Source: an uncultured virus (IMG/VR IMGVR_UViG_3300011474_000007) (lineage: Duplodnaviria > Heunggongvirae > Uroviricota > Caudoviricetes). From it: a DNA stretch of 64,000 nucleotides. Numbering within the stretch: the first letter of the stretch is position 1; each line of letters starts with the position of its first letter. This document shows positions 38,561 through 49,097 of this stretch, piece by piece. The notes under the pieces were generated by a model. It ran no database searches and had not been told where the DNA came from. It was given only the letters and a program-made list of their open reading frames with translations. The position numbers and the translations under genes are program-made. The stretch is from positions 62,001 through 126,000 of IMG/VR virus record IMGVR_UViG_3300011474_000007; one strand, 5' to 3'.

Positions 38561-39136
38561 TTGGGATTGCCATCATACATATTGAACTGGGATGAATTAG
38601 ATCCAATACTAAAAGATTATTTAGAAAATAAAATAGATGTAGATATAGAAAGCTTATCTATTGATACATCTAAAATTGAAGAATTATTAGAGAACATAAA
38701 GGATCAAATGCCAGAGATCGATTATACAAATTTAATAGCATCTCTAGATAATTTAGCAAAACAATTAGAAAGTTTATCAAACAATATAGGAATATCAGGT
38801 ACTCAGAAAGTATATGGTAAAATGATAGAAATACCTGCAATAAACAAAAATTATCCTGTAACTTTTAAGGTACCGAAAAAAGGTAAGATAACTGGTATTA
38901 CTTACTCTTTGAGTGCATGGCATTTTTTAGATACAATAGATATGACCATTATTAAAGGAGATAATACATTAGAAGTATTATTTGACAATATGAGAACAAA
39001 AAATTTTGGAGAAAATAAAGTTTTTAATGTATTCTACAGTATAAATAAAGATGAGGAAATTATATTTAATTTTAAGAATAATAGTGGAACAAGTAAAGTT
39101 TTATGGATCGATTTTAATATATTAGAGGATGATTAA
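38561..39136 (+). CDS. Hypothetical structural protein
   Basis: AAGGAG RBS; paralogous to 39142-39684 (LPxYIxN...NxSGxSK). Confidence 0.65.
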   Translation: MGLPSYILNWDELDPILKDYLENKIDVDIESLSIDTSKIEELLENIKDQMPEIDYTNLIASLDNLAKQLESLSNNIGISGTQKVYGKMIEIPAINKNYPVTFKVPKKGKITGITYSLSAWHFLDTIDMTIIKGDNTLEVLFDNMRTKNFGENKVFNVFYSINKDEEIIFNFKNNSGTSKVLWIDFNILEDD

Positions 39137-39141
39137 AATAT

Positions 39142-39684
39142 ATGTTACCAAGATATATAATTAATTTAGAAGAATCGAATTTAAAGGGTGTATTTTTAGA
39201 AGTTATAAAACAAAAATTAGCAGAAAAAATACCAAGTTTAAATAAAGAAAAAATAGAAGATATCTTAAAAAATTTACTGGGAATACTTCCACAACAATTA
39301 ATCAATTTCAAAGTTATAGTTGATGATGTTGTGGATTTTATAATGTTTAAATTAAATGGTATACAACAGGTAAAAAGTATTATGTTAGATGTACCACCAT
39401 TAAAAAACAATGTAATCCAACAAGAAATAATTTGTGATAATCAATACTTTTTGACAGGGATATTGGCTACACAGTCAGGATGGAAAAAAACCGATAAATT
39501 TACTGTTAAACTTAACAATGAAGCTCTTTTAAATGATATATATTTGAAAGAAGTTGGACAATTTAATTATCTTAATGGTGTTTGTAAATTGAAAGAAGGT
39601 GATAAAATTACAATTTTATACAATAATCAAGAAGGAAATAGTAAGCAATTTATAATGGATTTTGAGTATTTAACACTAAAATAA
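39142..39684 (+). CDS. Hypothetical structural protein
   Basis: Paralogous to 38561-39136. Confidence 0.65.
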   Translation: MLPRYIINLEESNLKGVFLEVIKQKLAEKIPSLNKEKIEDILKNLLGILPQQLINFKVIVDDVVDFIMFKLNGIQQVKSIMLDVPPLKNNVIQQEIICDNQYFLTGILATQSGWKKTDKFTVKLNNEALLNDIYLKEVGQFNYLNGVCKLKEGDKITILYNNQEGNSKQFIMDFEYLTLK

Positions 39685-39751
39685 TAAAAAACAAAGAAGC
39701 TCTTATCAATATATTTGATAAGGGATTTTATATTTTAAGGAGGAATTTTAA

Positions 39752-40796
39752 ATGGCAGAAAAAGGACTAAGTTTATTTGAAAATGATAAATTTTATTATA
39801 ACGAAGGTAGCACAAATGTTAAAAACATTATTAAATGCAACAGACGCATATAAGTGGACATTAGTATATCCAGCAAAGTTAGAAGATATAACTAATTTCG
39901 CTTTAATAAAAGCAACAACAACTTTCGGTAAAGAATTTCATGTAAGATTTTTCAGGGAAAAAGATTGTATTACTCACATGGAGATGGCAATTGGTAATGA
40001 AACCGTAAAAGTAAATAAAGAAATAATAGATAAAAGTACAGGAGAATCGAAGAAAGTAGAAGTTACGGATTTAAATGAAGAAACTTGTAATACTGCTTGT
40101 AGATTATCATGGTATAAGAAGCCAATGAAAGGAGTCAAAGATTGGTTACCAATTCAATATTGGTTAAATGTTACTAAAGATGTTGTAAATATAGTATTAC
40201 GTGGTGATCCATCACCTGATGTATATCCTTATACAAATTATTTAACTGGATATGCTTATTTAGGTTCTTTATCTAAAATAGAAGAAGATAGTGATGATGA
40301 TAAAGAATATAACTTTGGTATAACTACATCATCAAATATAGAGCCTGTTTTTGAAAAGAAATTTGGAGACAGAACAGCAACAGGAATAACAGATGTTTGT
40401 ATGATAGCTAATAAAATAGGAATGCCTATGCAGCCACATGTTCCAGCATTTTATACAACACATGAATTTATGGATAAGTGTAATGTTGATGGTGGTAGTA
40501 GATGGAATAATAAAAAGTATCAATTCTCTGATATTACATTAGTGCACCCAGTTGAAATGGAAAGAGGAAAAATGCAAAATATTTTAGTTGGAGATGGTTA
40601 CGGTGTGTTTGATGCTGATAGACTAGTATTAAAGAGAAACACAGAGAAAGAGGAAAACTATAAGAAGTTTAAAATAACTGCTCCATATAATTTCTTGAAC
40701 AATTCAGCTAACAATAATTATTGCATAGCTATTAGATGTTATAAAGATTCAGGAGATTTCTATTGTCCAATGCCACCAGAAAAGCAAGAACCATAA
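39752..40796 (+). CDS. Putative virion structural protein, apparently frameshifted near its 5' end
   Basis: Strong AAGGAGG RBS and ATG 39752 give a 33-aa frame ending at 39853; the long frame (39777-40796) has no good RBS. Confidence 0.6.
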
Positions 40797-40817
40797 AATA
40801 TATAATGAGGTGATGTA

Positions 40818-43800
40818 ATGCCCCTACATAAAATTCCCCTATGTAATTTAAAATATGTGGGGGATATTTATTCAAGTGGAACTTTTATATATAAAAATCA
40901 ACAGGAGATATCTAAGAGTTCCCCTACGTTCTTATCAAATAAAGAGGATAAAATTATAGAGATAGAAAAACTAAAATGTTTAAAAATGAGTGATAATTTA
41001 AAAATAAATTCAAATATTAAATATTTTAATCTATCCAAAAGTCAAATAAAAATTACTAATTTAAATCATAATAATTTAATTAAGGTTTTTGAACAATGGG
41101 GGAATATATATGAAAGAAATAAACTAATACAAAAGATAGAATATATATGTAAAGAAAATGAATTTTTAGATTATAACCTTAATAGAATCACAAGGGAAAT
41201 AAGTAAAGAAAAAAATAGTTTACTATCAAAAGAACGTTTTAATATATCTAAAAATAAGAATAATAAATTATTTAATAAGATAATCGAAGATGATTTTTTT
41301 GTATATGAATCATACTATTATTTAGATAACATTATTAAAAATATGACTTTACAACATATTCAGAACCTATCAAAGAATTATTGGAATATTAAAATAAAAA
41401 ATAATATATTTTTATCTGAGCAAAGAAAAATTATAAACAAGATAGATGTATTAAATAGTTATTTAGATAGAAATAAATACTCAATAGATAAAAGCGTAAA
41501 TCATTTAATAACTAAAAGATTAAGTACAATATTAAATTTACAATGTAGAAAAAATACGACTAAAATTAATTCATTTAATTTAAATCTTTTTAAAATTGGA
41601 TTTGTTAGTGGATACAAAACCAATATAAGACTATATGAGTTTAATAAATTTTTAGATACTAGATATAAAAATATTGAAAATAATATAAATGAAGAATTTT
41701 TAAATAGAACTTATATGAATATTGATAAAGTAGATACTAATGACTTTTTAGAAAGATATATAAGTTTGATATATTTAAATAATAATATCGAATTCTTAAA
41801 TTCTTATAAGAGACCTATTTATCATAAATTGGATTTAATATTTTTAGACAGCAGTATAAAAAATTTATATTTAAACAAATTAAAAGAATTATTTTTAGAA
41901 ATTAAAAGTAAGGATTTAATTGATAATAAGACTAATTTATTTTTTAATAAAACCTATAATAATATTATTAAAGATGAACTTTTACATCTAGTTGATAAAA
42001 GATATAAAAAAATGAATTTTAATGATATTTCAAAAAGGATTAGTATAGTATCTAATGATATTTTTAGCTACAACAATATATATATAATCGAAAAAAGTAA
42101 AAATTTAATTACAAATTATATAAATGATAATTTATTAAACAAATCTTATGTAGATTTTACTAAGAACAACAATAAAATGATTGGTAAACCTTATAAAAAT
42201 TTCAGTGTTAACATCCATAATAGTTTATCAAATCAGGTTTATAAAAATATAACTATAAATAATGAAAAAGATTTATTACAAAATCTTTCTAATGGACAAG
42301 AAGTGTTTGTAAAAGAAAACATACTTATGCTAAATAAAAATAATAAAACAAAAGAAATGAATATATTAAAATATAATGAAATTTTAGAAGCATATATTAA
42401 GCAAATAAATAAAATTAATATATCTAACAATCTTGAAATTGGTATTGGTGAAGCCAATAAAATTAATATATCCAAACATCTTAAAGTTGCTATTGATGAA
42501 GTTAATAATATTAAAACATACAAAGAATTAACTAAACATGCAGAAGAGATGAATAACATAAAAGAAAAATTAGTAGATAAATATTATAAATCAATATGTA
42601 AAGATGAATTACAGTTGTTCAGTAAAAGGAAAAAAGGAATTGAAAAACATAATAAAAATACATTAGTCAATAAATCATATACAAAAGTAAATATTCAAAG
42701 ATATAAGAAACTTATAGGAAAGACTTATATAAAAATAAATAAAGATATAAATGACAACAATATTCAAAGAATAAGACCTAACAATATGAACAAGAATGAA
42801 AACAAAGAGCTACAACATATTTATATTAATGAAATGAGTAATAATCTATATGATAATATGCTTGAAAAAGTCATGCCTGTTGCAGAAATCTTTAAAGAAA
42901 ATAATGTATTTTTGGATAAAATAATTCAAAGAAGACATCTTTTTAAACAAACAAATTACCTATTACAGCATATATATCAAAATGATGCAGTTAAGCACAC
43001 ATTTAATATATTGGAACATTTAAAACAAATGAATATATCTAAAGAAGAGTGTGACCTTTTAGGTAAGTACAATAAAGATTTAATTTATATCAATAATAAT
43101 AATAATTTAAAGAAGTATAAAAAAGATATCGATAAAGAAAATCAAAAATATACAGAAGTAACAGAAAGATGGTGGGTATTAAATCCAAGTGCACCTTTTG
43201 ATAGAAAAATACTTCCATTTGATTATGATTACTCCAAAATGCCTTTAGTATCAAATAATAACATTATAAATACAAGTAAAATAATTAGTCAACATCCTAT
43301 TTCATTTGCTCCATATATGATAGACAGTGGAAATGGAGGAAAAGATTTAAATTATGGCACTAAAGAAATAGATGTAAGTATAGAAATAATGTTAGATATG
43401 GTTAATATAGTTGGAATGGTCATATTGCAAGATTTAGCTAAATTTAAGAACTGTACAGGACAAGAATCATTAGAATTTATTGTAGAATTAATATTTGATT
43501 GGCTTAATATGGATTCGACAATAAGAAAAATGGAACAAAATAATTCAAGAGAACATTATTTAAGATGCTATAGATGGATTAGATGGGAAGCTGAACAACT
43601 ATGGTTTGAAGCTGATCAAGATCATACAATTTATAAAAATTTAGGAATAAAATTTGCAGGTGCATTGCTAGGTAAATTAATAGAATATATGAAGTATCAT
43701 CATTTTGATGTAGTACCTTTATGGAGAAATCTAAAATTTATGGATATTGAAAGACAATTTAATAAAGCAAAAAATAAAGATATTTTTAAAGGTATTGATA

Positions 43801-43871
43801 AGATTAAATCATATAGACATTATATGATTAATACTCAAATACCAACAAAACAACATTTATTTCAAAAATAA
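40818..43871 (+). CDS. Large hypothetical protein with low-complexity N/K/I-rich centre
   Basis: 1017-aa ORF with GAGGTG RBS; complex C-terminal domain (RWIRWEAE). Confidence 0.7.
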   Translation: MPLHKIPLCNLKYVGDIYSSGTFIYKNQQEISKSSPTFLSNKEDKIIEIEKLKCLKMSDNLKINSNIKYFNLSKSQIKITNLNHNNLIKVFEQWGNIYERNKLIQKIEYICKENEFLDYNLNRITREISKEKNSLLSKERFNISKNKNNKLFNKIIEDDFFVYESYYYLDNIIKNMTLQHIQNLSKNYWNIKIKNNIFLSEQRKIINKIDVLNSYLDRNKYSIDKSVNHLITKRLSTILNLQCRKNTTKINSFNLNLFKIGFVSGYKTNIRLYEFNKFLDTRYKNIENNINEEFLNRTYMNIDKVDTNDFLERYISLIYLNNNIEFLNSYKRPIYHKLDLIFLDSSIKNLYLNKLKELFLEIKSKDLIDNKTNLFFNKTYNNIIKDELLHLVDKRYKKMNFNDISKRISIVSNDIFSYNNIYIIEKSKNLITNYINDNLLNKSYVDFTKNNNKMIGKPYKNFSVNIHNSLSNQVYKNITINNEKDLLQNLSNGQEVFVKENILMLNKNNKTKEMNILKYNEILEAYIKQINKINISNNLEIGIGEANKINISKHLKVAIDEVNNIKTYKELTKHAEEMNNIKEKLVDKYYKSICKDELQLFSKRKKGIEKHNKNTLVNKSYTKVNIQRYKKLIGKTYIKINKDINDNNIQRIRPNNMNKNENKELQHIYINEMSNNLYDNMLEKVMPVAEIFKENNVFLDKIIQRRHLFKQTNYLLQHIYQNDAVKHTFNILEHLKQMNISKEECDLLGKYNKDLIYINNNNNLKKYKKDIDKENQKYTEVTERWWVLNPSAPFDRKILPFDYDYSKMPLVSNNNIINTSKIISQHPISFAPYMIDSGNGGKDLNYGTKEIDVSIEIMLDMVNIVGMVILQDLAKFKNCTGQESLEFIVELIFDWLNMDSTIRKMEQNNSREHYLRCYRWIRWEAEQLWFEADQDHTIYKNLGIKFAGALLGKLIEYMKYHHFDVVPLWRNLKFMDIERQFNKAKNKDIFKGIDKIKSYRHYMINTQIPTKQHLFQK

Positions 43872-43892
43872 AAATATTAAGGAGGAGTCTAT

Positions 43893-44153
43893 ATGGCAGT
43901 AACACAATATAAATCAGTCTATAATGAAAATCAAGGTATCTTTAATAATCCTAGACAAAAGATGTGGGGAGTTTTTCACAATTGGGATGGATCATATTGG
44001 AGACCAGAAATATTTACCAATAATTTTGATGAGGCAAAAGAAAAATTTAGAGAAATATTACATGGGAATAGAGAAAAAAGTGGTATAGATAATATTATTT
44101 TATGCGAAATAGTACCAACAGATACAATCTTAATTCCACCTGCAAGATTCTAG
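43893..44153 (+). CDS. Hypothetical protein
   Basis: 86 aa; AGGAGG RBS. Confidence 0.65.
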   Translation: MAVTQYKSVYNENQGIFNNPRQKMWGVFHNWDGSYWRPEIFTNNFDEAKEKFREILHGNREKSGIDNIILCEIVPTDTILIPPARF

Positions 44154-44163
44154 GTATTATAAT

Positions 44164-45171
44164 ATGACATTATTAAAAATAAGTGATGGCTTACTAGAGG
44201 TAGATAATTTTTATCTTACCTCTAGTTTTAGTGATTTTGTAGGAAAATCCTTAGTTAATAGAGATGTTGGTACAGGTAAAGTAAAATTATTATCTAATAG
44301 TATAATAGAAAGAAAATTTAATTATAATGAGTTTATAATAGACTGTCATAAGAGTAATTTTAAGAATATGGAAATAGGGGATTACGCTATGATATACCTA
44401 GGTAATAAAGAATATACCTTTGGTATAAAAGACGAAAAGAAAAAAGAAAAAGTTGATGAGCAAAATGAATATTGGAGAATATTAAAGAGAAGCAACTATG
44501 TTCAAGCGTATTCTAGTGCAGATGGAATAAACTATAAAAATATTGGTGGCGTAGAATATAGTGAAAGTATAACTAAGCAAGGTTTTCAAAAATATTGCAA
44601 TGAAGATCTTATTTTGGACGAGTATAAAGTTTATAAAAATCCATATGTAACAATATTAAATTACAATGAAGATTATATGTGTGAATTGTATGATAAATAC
44701 AATAATTTGATACAAGTTAGAAAATTTAATTCTGATATGGAATGTAAATTCTTTATAGAATATATTTTTATAGGATATATAATAATTAAAGATTTAGATG
44801 ATAATATTGTATTTCAAAGTGACTTAATGAAATTTTCATTTGGAGATGTTTATATAAATTCCCCTTATAATTTTGAGATTAGATATAATAATAAAATTGT
44901 AACAGATAAGCAATATGGTATTTTAGAAAGTTATAAAGAAGTAGTAACAATTAAAAATAAAGATACTAAAGATTATAAAGATATAGTTATTAGTACCGAA
45001 AGTATTTCAAATGATTTAATCGAATTAAGTTTAGATGATAAGTCTTATAATAAAGAATCAAAAATCGAAAATTTTCAATCTCAAGAAGTTAAAAAAATTT
45101 ATATAAGAATTACAAGAAAAGGTTCAGATATTAATTATTATATTAGAAATTTTCAACTACTTGTTAATTAG
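44164..45171 (+). CDS. Putative tail/baseplate beta-sandwich protein
   Basis: ConA/lectin-like segment (WRILKRSNYVQAYSSADGINY). Confidence 0.55.
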   Translation: MTLLKISDGLLEVDNFYLTSSFSDFVGKSLVNRDVGTGKVKLLSNSIIERKFNYNEFIIDCHKSNFKNMEIGDYAMIYLGNKEYTFGIKDEKKKEKVDEQNEYWRILKRSNYVQAYSSADGINYKNIGGVEYSESITKQGFQKYCNEDLILDEYKVYKNPYVTILNYNEDYMCELYDKYNNLIQVRKFNSDMECKFFIEYIFIGYIIIKDLDDNIVFQSDLMKFSFGDVYINSPYNFEIRYNNKIVTDKQYGILESYKEVVTIKNKDTKDYKDIVISTESISNDLIELSLDDKSYNKESKIENFQSQEVKKIYIRITRKGSDINYYIRNFQLLVN

Positions 45172-45184
45172 GTAGGTGTTTTAA

Positions 45185-46615
45185 ATGAGCGAATTTTTTA
45201 ACGTTACATTAAAGAATGATGTAATTATGGATGACGGAGGGATTTCTAGTAACACAACATGGAGCAGTGAAAAAATACAAAAAGAAATTATATCAAAAAG
45301 AATTACAAAATTTGAAGAACTTGAAGATGTTGATGTTATAAATAGAAAAGATAATCAAGTAGTAGCTTATTCAAATGATACAGGTAAATTTACAACTATA
45401 AATTTAGAAACATTAAGAGAAGCTACAGGTCTAAGTGTACAACAAATATCCAAGAATGATGTAAAAGGAACTTTAGATAATCCAGAAAGTATAGATATTC
45501 CTATAAACACTTTGAAATTTAGAGTACTTCCCGTTGATGTATTAAAATATAGCACAGAAAATGCAAATGATATAGTAGAAGTTAAAAATGATTTTAAAAG
45601 TGTTGAATATACAAAATTTAAAAAAGATGAGAATATCTTATTTGATGACAAAGCACATATGAAAACTGAATATGACTATACATTTAATTTGGTTAAAAAA
45701 TTCGATGATGATAGTCTTGAATATTCGGTAAAATTTAAAAAATCGGACTATAAAAAAATTGAAAGATTTGAGACATACAGAGATGGTGTTTTACAAAAAT
45801 TAAAAGTAACGGCAGTTCCACATGATAGGTTATTAATTCCTACAGATAATATAAACTTGAGTAATCTTAGACATATTGATTGTTTTAAAATTCAAGGGTT
45901 AGGGGATAAATTAAAAGTTGTTTGTAGTATTGATGACGGGAAAACATGGAAAACTTTTGAAGATCAATCATGGCAAAATATTGATTTAGACATAGAATCT
46001 GTGAACAATAAAGGAATGACTATAGAATTATTTAATTCTATTAACTCTATCTTTTGGAATGAATTAATTACTACTAATAAAATTAGATTTGCTTATTTAT
46101 TTGTTATGGATAATACCCAAGATGTTCAAGAAATAGATAAATTACTTTTCCAATATGATAAAAATGGTAGTTGGGTTCAATGTGATTGCAATGAATTTAA
46201 AGCTACTTATATATCAAATAGTTTATTAAGAGTAGATTTATATTTTTCAGGAAATGTAAAAATTAATTATGGTACAAGTAGTGAAATGAATACATATGAA
46301 GAACATTGGGAAAATGAAAACTTCAAAGATATAAAATTATTAGCCAATGTTAAAGATATTTTTAACTCTAACAAATATTATGCTATTTCTAATAGTGAAA
46401 TTGTTATTAGAAATAATATAGCTAGTATAAATAAGAATATAGATATGAAAGAAGAAAATCAATTACATTTAATAGTAATGGATAATAATATTAAAGTTTT
46501 AGATACTTTTATATCACCAGAAGATACTCAAAAATATCTATTAGGGATAAGCCCTAATATAAAAATTTTAGTAAAAGGACGTTTTGATGCAAATCTCTAT
46601 ATGACAGTATCTTAA
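45185..46615 (+). CDS. Putative tail fibre/baseplate protein
   Basis: TTWSSEKI and ELEDVDV fibre-like motifs; SIDDGKTW Asp-box. Confidence 0.55.
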   Translation: MSEFFNVTLKNDVIMDDGGISSNTTWSSEKIQKEIISKRITKFEELEDVDVINRKDNQVVAYSNDTGKFTTINLETLREATGLSVQQISKNDVKGTLDNPESIDIPINTLKFRVLPVDVLKYSTENANDIVEVKNDFKSVEYTKFKKDENILFDDKAHMKTEYDYTFNLVKKFDDDSLEYSVKFKKSDYKKIERFETYRDGVLQKLKVTAVPHDRLLIPTDNINLSNLRHIDCFKIQGLGDKLKVVCSIDDGKTWKTFEDQSWQNIDLDIESVNNKGMTIELFNSINSIFWNELITTNKIRFAYLFVMDNTQDVQEIDKLLFQYDKNGSWVQCDCNEFKATYISNSLLRVDLYFSGNVKINYGTSSEMNTYEEHWENENFKDIKLLANVKDIFNSNKYYAISNSEIVIRNNIASINKNIDMKEENQLHLIVMDNNIKVLDTFISPEDTQKYLLGISPNIKILVKGRFDANLYMTVS

Positions 46616-46644
46616 AACTTAATATAAACGAAAGGGGATAAATT

Positions 46645-48201
46645 ATGGCAAAAATTCTTAATTCAGATTTTATAAGCGGAACAATCCAAAGAGTAGTTGA
46701 AACACCATTGGGGTATATAATAAATGGAATTTATTATGACAAGAAGACAATGACTCCAAAAGCAGTACAACCATTTCCTACAATTGGTGGAACGACTTAT
46801 TTAGGTATGAACCAAAATTGTCTAGTTAATAACCCTGCTAGAAAAATACACGATAAAACTATGATGAATACTATCATAAATGATAGGTATAATCCTAATA
46901 TAAGTTATGTTTTTACTACAGGAGATAATGAAGCAAAAACAATTTTAAAAATTGAAGAATATAATGGCAAAGTTAATATTTTAAAGTATGGTACTTTTAA
47001 CTTTTCCAATGTATATGATGATACTAAAGATATTGATTATATGATAATCAATTCTTATTTGGGACAGGATAAAGAAAATTTATATGTAATAATTAGTGGA
47101 AATAATAACTATGGTGGATATTGTTTTCAAGATGTTTTTTGTAAAATAAATAAAGAAACATTCTCATTTAATTTTTTATTTTTTAATAGGAATTGTTGGG
47201 TTAATCCACTGAAGGAAACTAATGAATATATTTATTATGGTATAACTACACATAATAGTCATATTATAAAAAGATATAATAAAATAACACAAATAGATGA
47301 AAATATACCTTTAGAAAAAAGAACAGAGAGCAGTAAATGTAGTACTAGCTATTCAAACCTATTATCATCTTCTGATTCAAATTTTTATACATATTCAGTA
47401 TTTTATGATTCTGAATCCAAACATATCAAGATAATTAGATATCATTTTGATACAACTGCATTGGAAATAAAAGATGTTTGTACAGAAAAAGTTTATGAAA
47501 TAGAAGATAAAGAAGAATTTATGACAAAAATTATGATGAATGGTACTGATGATATACATTATGAACCATTTATAACTACTACAGATAATAAATCATATTT
47601 AAATATTGCAGTTTATGAAAAATATACTTCAACTAGCAATAATACAACTTATTATGGTATATATACTTTTGAAATAGATAATTTAACAAAAGATATTACT
47701 TATAAGAGCTTTTTAAATATAAATGATTATTTTAGAGGATTTATAGGAGTTAGAAATAATACATTCTTAATAGGAGCTTCTAATGGGAAATGCTACTTTA
47801 TAAATTTTGAAAAAGATAAATTTATTATAACAAATGTTTTAGCTAATCAACCTAAATATATAGGGGCAGATTTAGCAGAAAATATTTGGATAGTTAATGG
47901 ACTAAATGAAGTGGAAATGTATTCTTCTTATGTTCCACTCCATGTTAATATTGAGTATGAATTTGAAAATTATGATTATGAAGGGGAAAATATAAATACA
48001 TATATTACTGTAGAAGCCAAAAACTATTCAAATTTAAATATTTCTTCAAAATTAAAATTTACTATAGAAGGTAATGCAGTATTTTCAAGTAATGGTGAAA
48101 ATGTATTAATTGACACTACCTTAGCAACAGGGAAAAAGCGTATCCCAATCACTATAAATGGATTTGGTGCTATAACTATAAATGCAGAAATGGTACTTTA
48201 A
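46645..48201 (+). CDS. Hypothetical beta-rich protein (possible propeller plus Ig domain)
   Basis: 518-aa ORF with RBS. Confidence 0.6.
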   Translation: MAKILNSDFISGTIQRVVETPLGYIINGIYYDKKTMTPKAVQPFPTIGGTTYLGMNQNCLVNNPARKIHDKTMMNTIINDRYNPNISYVFTTGDNEAKTILKIEEYNGKVNILKYGTFNFSNVYDDTKDIDYMIINSYLGQDKENLYVIISGNNNYGGYCFQDVFCKINKETFSFNFLFFNRNCWVNPLKETNEYIYYGITTHNSHIIKRYNKITQIDENIPLEKRTESSKCSTSYSNLLSSSDSNFYTYSVFYDSESKHIKIIRYHFDTTALEIKDVCTEKVYEIEDKEEFMTKIMMNGTDDIHYEPFITTTDNKSYLNIAVYEKYTSTSNNTTYYGIYTFEIDNLTKDITYKSFLNINDYFRGFIGVRNNTFLIGASNGKCYFINFEKDKFIITNVLANQPKYIGADLAENIWIVNGLNEVEMYSSYVPLHVNIEYEFENYDYEGENINTYITVEAKNYSNLNISSKLKFTIEGNAVFSSNGENVLIDTTLATGKKRIPITINGFGAITINAEMVL

Positions 48202-48222
48202 ACGAAATGAGATGATGTTTAT

Positions 48223-48885
48223 ATGTCTATTAATAATAAAAATTATAACTTTGAGAAAAGCATTTTTGTAAGAAAAAAAAGTAATATAAAAATAATACAA
48301 AATGGTAGCACTATTATAATAAGAAATACATCAAAAATACCTAAGTCTTTTGTATTAACTAATGATGATTTTAAAAAAGAAAAAACAATTTATGTATTAA
48401 ATAAAAATTCATATAATATAAAAAATTTTATTAACAAGTCAATTTGTAATGTTAGTAAAAAAGATGACAATAACAGTATATTAAGATTTCTAAGAATGAA
48501 TAGTAATTATATAAAACAATCTGTTTTTGTACATAAAGAATATCGTAACAAAATAATTATTAGTAATAATACAAAAATAGTTAGATATCACACTCCTTAT
48601 TCTGGAAGTGTATTTGAACCTGAGAATAAAGATTTAGATTACCAGATGAGAATCAAAGATTTCAGCATTGTAGCACAAAAATATTCTTATATTGAATACT
48701 ATATTGGATTTAATAAAAATACTATAAAAAATGTAACAGGATTACCACAAGGAATGGTATTTAATAAAGATTGTTTAAAAGGAACTCCAATGATATCTGG
48801 GGATCATTTAATAACTATTGAATTAGATAGTAAAACAATAATAAGAGGAATATTAAAAGTACCTAGATTACCTAGACAATTATAA
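48223..48885 (+). CDS. Hypothetical protein with C-terminal He_PIG-like Ig motif
   Basis: TGLPQGMVF...LKGTPMISG. Confidence 0.55.
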   Translation: MSINNKNYNFEKSIFVRKKSNIKIIQNGSTIIIRNTSKIPKSFVLTNDDFKKEKTIYVLNKNSYNIKNFINKSICNVSKKDDNNSILRFLRMNSNYIKQSVFVHKEYRNKIIISNNTKIVRYHTPYSGSVFEPENKDLDYQMRIKDFSIVAQKYSYIEYYIGFNKNTIKNVTGLPQGMVFNKDCLKGTPMISGDHLITIELDSKTIIRGILKVPRLPRQL

Positions 48886-49044
48886 TATTGGTCTAATAAC
48901 TAAATATAGATATAAAAAGAGGATTTATTACATCTATTATGTTAAACAAATTTAATATATTTGATATTAGAGGATAGATAAAAAATGAAATATAATAAAA
49001 TGTTAATTTTAAGCTTATTTATAATATAAGAAATACAAATTTGA

Positions 49045-49071
49045 AAAACACTCAGTACTGGGTGTTTTTTC
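49045..49071 (+). terminator. Intrinsic terminator (copy also at 57149-57173)
   Basis: AAAAACACTCAG...CTGGGTGTTTTT. Confidence 0.65.
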
Positions 49072-49097
49072 ATATAAAAATTAGAGGAGTGATTTAA

